Positions 7,635 to 14,092 of a DNA stretch of 15,173 bases are shown in pieces. A program made the translations under genes and the position numbers. This stretch comes from an uncultured archaeon (lineage in GTDB: Archaea > Altiarchaeota > Altiarchaeia > IMC4 > QMZM01). The notes beneath the pieces are model-generated. The model was not told the origin of the DNA and searched no databases. It saw only the letters and a list, made by a program, of their open reading frames with translations. Positions within the stretch are counted from its first letter, which is position 1, and every line of letters begins with the position of its first letter. The DNA lies in the NCBI GenBank assembly GCA_964549685.1, contig CAZJVE010000019.1, forward strand, positions 1-15,173. Direction: 5' to 3'.

Positions 7635-9330
7635 GATTCAGCAGACCGCCCACTATGAAGACGGTCAGCAGCATGATACCTGCTGACTTCAGCATTTTTT
7701 TGACACCTAATTCTTTCAGCATTACCGTAAAGGTGGCGATGCACGGGAAGTAGATACTCAGGATTACCGTCGATATGACAAGCTGCTTTGCCGTCATTCC
7801 CAATGGCAGCAACATTCCCATCGCCACGTCCTTTCTCAGGAACCCTATCAGCAGTGCTGCTATGGCATCCGGGGGAATTCCGAACCATGTAATGAACAGC
7901 GGCCCCAACAGGGACGAGAGCATGTCTATTATCCCCAAGAGATACAGGAGATTGGCGACAAAAACGCCGAAGAGAACGTACGGAATCGCCCCCGTCACGA
8001 ATCCCCTAACCCTCATCATCGTCTTCTTCAGCAATGCTTCAACATCCGGCCTCCTGTAGGGCGGAATCTCCATCAGTATCTCCGGCCTCTCCCCCGGCAG
8101 GATTTTGTTTAGGATATAGCCGACCGCGACATAGAGCAGGGCAAGGACTCCGTATACAATCAGGATGTACTCCACCCCGAGCTTCCCGAGAATCCCGAAA
8201 ATCATGCTCTGCTGGGCTGCGCATGGAACTGCAATGCTTATCAGGGTCAGAGCAATGAATCTCTGCTCCTTCGTCTCAAGAATTCTCGTCGACAGGGCTC
8301 CGGGAACGTTGCAGCCCAGCCCCAGCAACGACGGAACTATTGCCGAACCGTGCAGCCCTATCCTGTGCATAACGTTGTCGACCAGTACTGCTAACCTCGG
8401 CAGATAGCCGACATCCTCAAGAAGCCCCAGCATCAGGTAGAACGTCAGAACAAAGGGGAGCACCACCGCGAGAGGGATGTAAAGCCCCGTGGTTAACAGG
8501 CCGAGGGATTCAGTAAAATCCGGGATTCCTGCCGTGGTTCTCCCTATCAGCAGCTGGTAGACAATCCCGTCGCTGGGGAATCCGCTGAACAGACCGACTA
8601 CCCACGGCCCGTAAATCCCGTTGAAGAATGGGTCGAGAAGGCTCCCAATCAGGAATTCCCCGGCCGCCACTATCAGCTGAAACGTCAGGAACAGAATCAA
8701 CAAAGCGATGGGAATCCCGGTCAGCGGCTTTACAGTCGCGTCCCCAATTCTCTCCAGCAGCGTATGGTGCCTGTGTCTTACCACCTGGACCTCATCGATA
8801 GTCCTGCCGATGTCGGCCCACCTCTCCTCATCGGAGTGCTTATGAATCTTGGGAATCTTTACCTCGTGAATCCTCGAGACAAGCTCTTTTATCCCCTCTC
8901 CCGTAACTGCAACCGTAGGAACGACGGGGACACCCAGCCGCTCCTCCAGCTTTTCGGCATCAATCTCAATCCCCCTGTGCTTCGTGTCGTCCCACATGTT
9001 CAGGGCGACTATCATGGGAATCTTCCTCTCCAGGAGCTCCAAAGTTAGATAAAGGTTCCTCTCCAGGTTCGTCGCATCGATTACGTTTATGACAACATCT
9101 CCCTCCTCCAGCATCCTTGCGGTTACTTCCTCCGCTTTGCATCTCGGCTCCAGAGAATAGGCTCCCGGCGTGTCTATCAGTTCGGCACTCTCCCCGCCGA
9201 CCTTCATACTCCCGCTGGTGAATTCTATCGTTGTTCCCGGATAATTCGAGGCGATTACATCCACGCCAGTAAGCCTGCTGAATACCACACTCTTTCCAAC
9301 GTTCGGGTTTCCAACGAGAAGTACTTTCAT
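7618..9330 (-). CDS. feoB: Ferrous iron transporter FeoB (short form)
   Basis: G1 GNPNVGKS, G2 NYPGTT, G3 DTPG, 'DATNLERNL', G4 NMWD, and membrane motifs 'LEDVGYLPRLA', 'GLGCNVP', 'MEIPPYRRP', 'YFPCIAT'. Confidence 0.95.
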   Translation of the reverse strand: MKVLLVGNPNVGKSVVFSRLTGVDVIASNYPGTTIEFTSGSMKVGGESAELIDTPGAYSLEPRCKAEEVTARMLEEGDVVINVIDATNLERNLYLTLELLERKIPMIVALNMWDDTKHRGIEIDAEKLEERLGVPVVPTVAVTGEGIKELVSRIHEVKIPKIHKHSDEERWADIGRTIDEVQVVRHRHHTLLERIGDATVKPLTGIPIALLILFLTFQLIVAAGEFLIGSLLDPFFNGIYGPWVVGLFSGFPSDGIVYQLLIGRTTAGIPDFTESLGLLTTGLYIPLAVVLPFVLTFYLMLGLLEDVGYLPRLAVLVDNVMHRIGLHGSAIVPSLLGLGCNVPGALSTRILETKEQRFIALTLISIAVPCAAQQSMIFGILGKLGVEYILIVYGVLALLYVAVGYILNKILPGERPEILMEIPPYRRPDVEALLKKTMMRVRGFVTGAIPYVLFGVFVANLLYLLGIIDMLSSLLGPLFITWFGIPPDAIAALLIGFLRKDVAMGMLLPLGMTAKQLVISTVILSIYFPCIATFTVMLKELGVKKMLKSAGIMLLTVFIVGGLLNLTLPL

Positions 9331-9611
9331 TATTGAACCTCTACCAGAATCTTTCTTGCCATTCCCCTCCCCAGCGTTATCGTCATATTGTCGATCTTGA
9401 TGACAATGGGCCCCCCCATTGGCTGCTTTGATTGAATCTCCACCATCTTTCCCTCTCTCACTCCCATGGTCCGGAGGTCTCTTCTCCTACCGTGACCTCT
9501 GCCTCTCCGGGAACCATGGCCCATACCCATCCTGTACGGACCATGGAATTCCTCAATCCTTACAATCTTTCCTCCTTCCCCCTCTTTCATCCTCGTAAGT
9601 TTTTTTTCCAT
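9330..9611 (-). CDS. feoA: FeoA protein with a Gly/Arg/His-rich insertion
   Basis: 'LRTMGVREGKMVEI..KQPMGGPIVIKIDNMTITLGRGMARKILVE' is the FeoA signature. TAATG overlap with feoB. Confidence 0.92.
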   Translation of the reverse strand: MEKKLTRMKEGEGGKIVRIEEFHGPYRMGMGHGSRRGRGHGRRRDLRTMGVREGKMVEIQSKQPMGGPIVIKIDNMTITLGRGMARKILVEVQ

Positions 9612-9612
9612 C

Positions 9613-9897
9613 TTAGCCCCTAAGCTCGAGCACGTGCTCCCTGCAATCGTTCATCATGTGCTCCACATGCTTATCTACTATCCTGTAATATACATTCTTA
9701 CCGACCTTCTTCGAGCTTACAAGGTTCGCCAGCCTCAGTATCCTGAGCTGATGGGAGACTGCAGACTCCGAGATGCGGGTCTTCTCTGCTATGTCCGAGA
9801 CGCATAACTCCCCCTCTCCAAGGGTCTCGAAGATCCTCAGCCTCGTTTCATCCCCCAGGACCTTGAAGGTCTCCGATACCTCGGTAAGAACATTCAT
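9613..9897 (-). CDS. ArsR/SmtB-family metalloregulator with an alpha5 metal site
   Basis: 'FKVLGDETRLRI', 'ELCVSDIA', 'SESAVSHQLRILR', and C-terminal DKH-x10-HVLE (DxHx10Hx2E). It lies 1 bp upstream of feoA. Confidence 0.93.
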   Translation of the reverse strand: MNVLTEVSETFKVLGDETRLRIFETLGEGELCVSDIAEKTRISESAVSHQLRILRLANLVSSKKVGKNVYYRIVDKHVEHMMNDCREHVLELRG

Positions 9898-9903
9898 TTG
9901 AAC

Positions 9904-9923
9904 ATCTGAGTATATATTCAGAT
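9904..9923. promoter_or_regulatory. Probable ArsR/SmtB operator (near-perfect 20-bp palindrome)
   Basis: ATCTGAGTATATATTCAGAT has one mismatched pair. It lies between a minus-strand TTTTAAAC TATA-like box (about 9929-9936) and the arsR start, and carries the TGA(A)-N-TTCA core of SmtB/CzrA operators. Confidence 0.75.
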
Positions 9924-9946
9924 TTAGAGTTTAAAAAGCAGAAAAC

Positions 9947-10321
9947 TCACCCCTCTTTTATAAAAATCACGTCGTCAAAGCCCTTGAAGTGCTCATCTCC
10001 AGAGACGAGTTTTGCCTCATAGATAATCGAGGTAGAATAGATTAATGCATCTATCGTGTATAGCTTCTTCTTGATCTTAAGGTCAGCAGCCTTTAGTGCT
10101 ATCTCTTTGCTTATGTCGGCTATGATGCTCCTTGATGCTATGAATTCCAGTCTTTTCTCAGGCTTATGGCCCTCCCGCAGATATTTGTGTTTAATTTCAG
10201 TCAACGCTATCGCAGGGGTATATACCATTGCATCGCTTTCGACAAAATCCTTAATCTCGCTGGATTTCCCCCCAAAATATGCAATCCAGGCATATGAATC
10301 GAAGGTTAATTTCATCTTCAT
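9947..10321 (-). CDS. vapC: VapC-type PIN-domain toxin
   Basis: 'FDSYAWIAYF', 'TPAIALTEI', 'IDALIYSTS' and 'LVSGDEHFKG' give the PIN acidic residues. Confidence 0.9.
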   Translation of the reverse strand: MKMKLTFDSYAWIAYFGGKSSEIKDFVESDAMVYTPAIALTEIKHKYLREGHKPEKRLEFIASRSIIADISKEIALKAADLKIKKKLYTIDALIYSTSIIYEAKLVSGDEHFKGFDDVIFIKEG

Positions 10322-10527
10322 AAATCAGGATGCTCGTCAATGTGCCTGTCTCTTATCTCCATATTGAGCCACGGGTCGCATCCGTACATGCCCTTCTTTG
10401 GCTTAAAGAGTGCCTTTTTCAAGAGCGTGTTAACGCTCTTCGAAATGCCCCTCTTCCCATACCTCCTTACCAGCAGATTGTGAATGTTTTCATCCATCAA
10501 AACCGTGGTCTTTACAGAATTAGCCAT
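10318..10527 (-). CDS. VapB-like antitoxin (RHH/CopG-like)
   Basis: 69 aa, 'VKTTVLMDENIHNLLVRRYGKRGISKSVNTLLKKAL'. ATGA overlap with vapC. Confidence 0.75.
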   Translation of the reverse strand: MANSVKTTVLMDENIHNLLVRRYGKRGISKSVNTLLKKALFKPKKGMYGCDPWLNMEIRDRHIDEHPDL

Positions 10528-10600
10528 AATATACTTTATGTTTTACGGTTTAAATATCAGAAATCCAGCTCGAACTCCTCGAGAATCCTGCCGTCCCGCA

Positions 10601-11785
10601 TCATGTAAGTCTTGTTGAAAAATCTCTGAACAGAAAGACAAATAGCAAAACTGCCAGCATGCTTAGCACGAAGCCATAGAGAAATGTAAGCTCAGGGCTT
10701 AGGTACTCCCATAGAAAGCCAGCTATGACGCTTGATGGCAAGGTTGCTATTCCTATCAAAGAATGAAAAGTTCCAAGAGCTGTGCCTCTCAATCTCTCTT
10801 CAATAAGGTCAGAGACAAATGCTCTCTGATTTCCATCAATCAATGCATAGCTAAGCCCGTAAATCCCAAAGAGGATAAAGTAGCTGGGAAAGCTGCTCAG
10901 CCAGGCGAATCCAAGGCATGTCATGCCAAATAGAGCATAACCAAGAACCAGAATGTTCCTTCTTCCAATTCTGTCTGATAATATTCCTGATGGGATTGAA
11001 AAGCCAGCATAAACCAGATTGAACCATATATACAAGAGGAGCGGAAACGCAATCGATATTCTGGGATCTGAGAAGAACTCCATCGACCTCAGGATGAAGA
11101 ACATGTAAGTGAAATTACCAAGCGCGAATATTGTCGCTATCACGAGGAACTTTCTGAATTCATCTGGCAGTGACCTCAGGCTTATTATCAGAGGTCTGCT
11201 CATCCTGCTTCTCTTCCTTTCCCTGACAAAAAACAGCGGAACTAGGGCAATAAAACCAAGGATTCCCGCACTAAGGAAGATAAGTTCAATCTCCATTCCA
11301 AGGAACCAGAATAGAATTAGTGCAAGGGCAGAGCCGACTATAGCTCCTGAGGTATCCATCGCCCTGTGAATGCCAAAGGCCTTCCCTCTCCTAGCAGTTG
11401 AGGAATCTGCAATAATCGCATCCCTCGGAGCCGTCCTTAAACCCTTCCCAACCCTTTCAACCGGCTTTAGGATAAGTATGTGCCACCATCGGGTTGAGAA
11501 GGCAAAAAATAGTTTCGCAATCGAAGACAAGAAATATCCAGAAAACACGAAAGGTTTCCTCTTCCCGGTTTTATCTGACCAGTAGCCAGAAATAACCATT
11601 AAAATACTTGAGATGGAATCACTCAGACCAGCGATAAGACCTATAACAAGACCAGCTCCTCCGAGCGAGGCGATGAAGATCGGGAGTAATGGCTGGATCA
11701 TCTCACTGCTTATGTCAGTTATAAAACTGACTATGCCAAGCAGGAGAACGTTGATACTTACTCCTTTAAGAAGTCCTTTTTTCAT
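10601..11785 (-). CDS. MFS transporter (substrate unknown)
   Basis: 394 aa with about 12 TM segments. MFS motif A 'GYWSDKTGKRKP' and 'GILSDRIGRR', plus 'ERVGKGLRTAPRDAIIA'. Confidence 0.93.
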   Translation of the reverse strand: MKKGLLKGVSINVLLLGIVSFITDISSEMIQPLLPIFIASLGGAGLVIGLIAGLSDSISSILMVISGYWSDKTGKRKPFVFSGYFLSSIAKLFFAFSTRWWHILILKPVERVGKGLRTAPRDAIIADSSTARRGKAFGIHRAMDTSGAIVGSALALILFWFLGMEIELIFLSAGILGFIALVPLFFVRERKRSRMSRPLIISLRSLPDEFRKFLVIATIFALGNFTYMFFILRSMEFFSDPRISIAFPLLLYIWFNLVYAGFSIPSGILSDRIGRRNILVLGYALFGMTCLGFAWLSSFPSYFILFGIYGLSYALIDGNQRAFVSDLIEERLRGTALGTFHSLIGIATLPSSVIAGFLWEYLSPELTFLYGFVLSMLAVLLFVFLFRDFSTRLT

Positions 11786-11800
11786 GTATAGATATTAAAA

Positions 11801-12040
11801 TTATAGATTAAACTCACCGAGGGAACTTTTCATAAACCTAGTTGTCGGTCTGTAACCGCCCTTGGGACCATGCTCGCTCCTTACCAAGTCAAGGCCCTTC
11901 AATATGTCCAGTTCCCTCCTTACGATGGCCATGCTGATTCCTGTTTCACTTTCAATCTCGGCAATCTTTACGCTCCTGCCGAGGTCTTTGTATCTGTTGA
12001 CTACAGTAGCAAGAATCCGTTTCCTTCTGTCTGTGCACAT
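11801..12040 (-). CDS. Stand-alone winged-HTH regulator (HrcA-like/COG2524 N-terminal domain)
   Basis: 'RRKRILATVVNRY...SVKIAEI.....AIVRRELDILKGLDLVRSEHGPKGGYRPT' resembles the N-terminal HTH of archaeal HTH-CBS regulators. The ATG at 12040 is preferred over the GTG at 12061, which lies inside the operator dyad. Confidence 0.7.
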   Translation of the reverse strand: MCTDRRKRILATVVNRYKDLGRSVKIAEIESETGISMAIVRRELDILKGLDLVRSEHGPKGGYRPTTRFMKSSLGEFNL

Positions 12041-12050
12041 ACTGTTATGT

Positions 12051-12087
12051 AATAGTAACACTAATTTATAAATAGTATTACTATTTA
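12051..12087. promoter_or_regulatory. NikR-like dyad GTAACAC-N13-GTATTAC spanning a TATA box; divergent promoter region
   Basis: AATAGTAACAC (12051-12061) and GTATTACTATT (12075-12085) are 10/11 complementary, with a 13-nt spacer containing TTTATAAA. An overlapping perfect 9-bp inverted repeat TAAATAGTA-T-TACTATTTA lies at 12069-12087. Confidence 0.6.
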
Positions 12088-12118
12088 AATACGAAATTCT
12101 AAATAGTAAGAAATAATA

Positions 12119-13093
12119 ATGGAGATGAAAATGATTAACAAGAATATTTTATTGGTTCTGGGATTGGTTTTATTTTCCGGGATTGGAAGTGCGCACTTTA
12201 CCATGGTCTTCCCTGGAGGGGATATGGATGTTACACCTGATGAGTACATAGCAGAGGTCGGTGAGACAAAGAATTTTGTGATTGTATGGGGCCATCCTTT
12301 TGAGCATATTCTCTTTGACATGGCCTCTGTCCCTGAGGTAAGTGTCAGGGACCCTGAAGGGGTCGTTACTGAATTAACGGTAGAGGAAACCAAGGTTGAA
12401 GGTTATAAAGCATATAAGACAAAATTCACGGTTGACAAGGAAGGGGACTGGATAGTTTCTGTCAGATATGAGGATGAAGACGAGCAGTTAATTGATCTGA
12501 CAAAAGCAGTAATCCACTGCGGCGAGGAGGCATGGTTCGGCTGGGATTCTGTGCTAGGTGAGGAGGTCGAAATCTTGCCTTATACAAGGCCCTATGGAAT
12601 CGAGGAGGGCTTTGTTTTTACGGGAAAGGCCATTGCTGATGGAGCCCCTCTTGCAGGAGCGTCAGTAGAAGTTGAGAGATACAACCTGAAGGAAAAAGGA
12701 GAAGCCATCGTGGCGGCAACGGAGGACAGATACCCGAATGACCCGCCGATGATATTCACCCGAGTGACTACCTCGAACGAGAAGGGAGAATTCGCCTACA
12801 CCCTTGACGAGCCGGCGATATGGTTCGTAGGAGCGACGAAGGAGGTCGAGGACGGCTATGATGTCAGGGGGGTCATGATAGTCCCAGTTATTGAGGAATT
12901 TCCCTCTAAGGTTGAGGAAGGAGCAGGTGTTGCTACATCCGCCTTGGAGAACAGGATAAGCTCGCTGGAGAGCAGGATATCAGGACCTTCCTCAACACAG
13001 GCAGCTGGAGGGACTTCAGGAATTGTGTACATCGCACTTTTGGTCGGTATACTTGCAGCAATTCTTGCCTTGGTTGCGATTATGAAGAAATAA
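12119..13093 (+). CDS. DUF4198 / nickel-uptake-associated (NikK-like) extracytoplasmic protein with C-terminal membrane anchor
   Basis: Signal peptide ending 'GSA|HFTMVFP', 'WGHPFEH', 'EILPYTRPYG', 'TSNEKGEF' and a C-terminal TM helix followed by KK. Adjacent to cbiM. Alternative starts at 12125 or 12131. Confidence 0.85.
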   Translation: MEMKMINKNILLVLGLVLFSGIGSAHFTMVFPGGDMDVTPDEYIAEVGETKNFVIVWGHPFEHILFDMASVPEVSVRDPEGVVTELTVEETKVEGYKAYKTKFTVDKEGDWIVSVRYEDEDEQLIDLTKAVIHCGEEAWFGWDSVLGEEVEILPYTRPYGIEEGFVFTGKAIADGAPLAGASVEVERYNLKEKGEAIVAATEDRYPNDPPMIFTRVTTSNEKGEFAYTLDEPAIWFVGATKEVEDGYDVRGVMIVPVIEEFPSKVEEGAGVATSALENRISSLESRISGPSSTQAAGGTSGIVYIALLVGILAAILALVAIMKK

Positions 13094-13101
13094 GAGCTTG
13101 G

Positions 13102-13385
13102 AAGTGTTACTAACAGTTAACAGTTTCCGGTAAGTGTTGGCTGACAACAAACACACCATCCGAACTGTTAACTTAACAACAAACAGGTCCTAGTAAGTGT
13201 TGGTTAACAACAAACATATTGCTGGAACTGTTGCCAACAACAAAGACACCATCCCAGCTGTTAAGTTAACAACAAACACTTAGCTCCATGTGTTCCGAAC
13301 AGTAAACACTTAGGTTTAGCGAACTGTAATTACAGAATTACAGTTGTAAGCCCAAAATTACAGTTGTAATCGCAAAATTACACTT
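13102..13385. repeat. Non-coding array of ten degenerate AA(G/C)TGT-N12..14-ACA(C/G)TT dyads
   Basis: Units start at 13102, 13132, 13163, 13195, 13226, 13256 and 13288 (30-34 bp period, core AACAACAAACA in most), then 13322, 13342 and 13362 (20-bp period, core AATTACAGTTGTAA). No ORF of 60 aa or more on either strand. Confidence 0.9.
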
Positions 13386-13480
13386 CCTTGGCAGAATTCC
13401 ACAGGATTTGAATTCCAACCCTGCATGAATTCACAAGGCAGTGTGTGGAGTTTTATGATATTAAAATACATTTCATTACA

Positions 13481-14092
13481 ATGGTCCACATATCCGACGG
13501 AGTATTGTCGGGGGAGGTGCTGGCTGCAGGCTGGTTAGTGACAGTAGTAGCGTTAGCCCTTACTCTCAGGAGGCTGAGGGCAGAGGAGATACCAAAGCTC
13601 TCGCTAACAACGGCGGCCTTTTTCGTGGCCTCCCTCGTACACGTTCCAATTGGTCCAACATCTGTGCATCTGATAATGAACGGCCTCGTTGGGGTTACTC
13701 TAGGTCCCCTTGTTTTCATTTCTGTCTTCATTGGCCTCGTCCTGCAGGCGTTTCTCTTTGGTCATGGCGGTATAACAGTTATTGGAGTAAATGCGATGAA
13801 CATGGGTCTTTCAGCCCTTGCTGCCTATGCTCTGTTCAGGACGGGCAGGATGGAAAACAAGGTACGGGTGGGCGTGTTGGGCTTCCTTGCAGGTGGCTTG
13901 GCTGTCGCTCTGGCAGTTATTCTTACAGCCCTGGTTCTATTCCTGACAGGTGAGGAATTCACCGTGGTAGCAATAGCCCTATTAATCGCGCATATACCTA
14001 TAATCATAATCGAAGCCATTATTGTAGGCTCGATAGTTGCATTTCTCCTAAGAGTAAAGCCAGAGATGCTGAAGTTGGAGGTGTCGGGATGA
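13481..14092 (+). CDS. cbiM: Co/Ni ECF transporter substrate component CbiM/NikM
   Basis: 'MVHISDGVLS', 'AAFFVASLVHVPIGPTSVHLIMNGLVG', 'LQAFLFGHGGITVIGVNAMNMG' and 'AHIPIIIIEAII'. The true start is the ATG at 13481, not the GTG at 13445. Confidence 0.93.
   Translation: MVHISDGVLSGEVLAAGWLVTVVALALTLRRLRAEEIPKLSLTTAAFFVASLVHVPIGPTSVHLIMNGLVGVTLGPLVFISVFIGLVLQAFLFGHGGITVIGVNAMNMGLSALAAYALFRTGRMENKVRVGVLGFLAGGLAVALAVILTALVLFLTGEEFTVVAIALLIAHIPIIIIEAIIVGSIVAFLLRVKPEMLKLEVSG
14077..14092 (+). other. Shine-Dalgarno and first 4 nt (ATGA) of the next operon gene, i.e. the 5' exon of the group II intron
   Basis: GGAGGTG at 14077-14083 and ATG at 14089 overlapping the cbiM TGA. The intron 5' end GTGCG follows at 14093. 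The identity of the interrupted gene (nikL/cbiQ-like is expected) is not visible. Confidence 0.6.

Noticed and set aside
7436-7888. 150-aa minus-strand ORF
   Set aside because: It overlaps feoB out of frame and is antisense to a clear ferredoxin.
12041-12061. GTG start extension of the wHTH gene
   Set aside because: It lies within the operator dyad, and the ATG at 12040 fits the domain start and TATA spacing better.
13102-13385. CRISPR array interpretation of the repeats
   Set aside because: The period is only 20-34 bp, linkers are about 6-10 nt and partly duplicated, the repeats are degenerate, and no cas genes are in the window.
13094-13480. Cobalamin or NiCo riboswitch upstream of cbiM
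   Set aside because: I could not find a B12-box or the conserved cobalamin-riboswitch motifs, nor a NiCo four-way junction, by eye. An Rfam scan would be decisive.
13445-13480. N-terminal extension of CbiM from the GTG at 13445
   Set aside because: The family requires His near the mature N-terminus, and the extension is AT-rich promoter-like sequence rather than a signal peptide.
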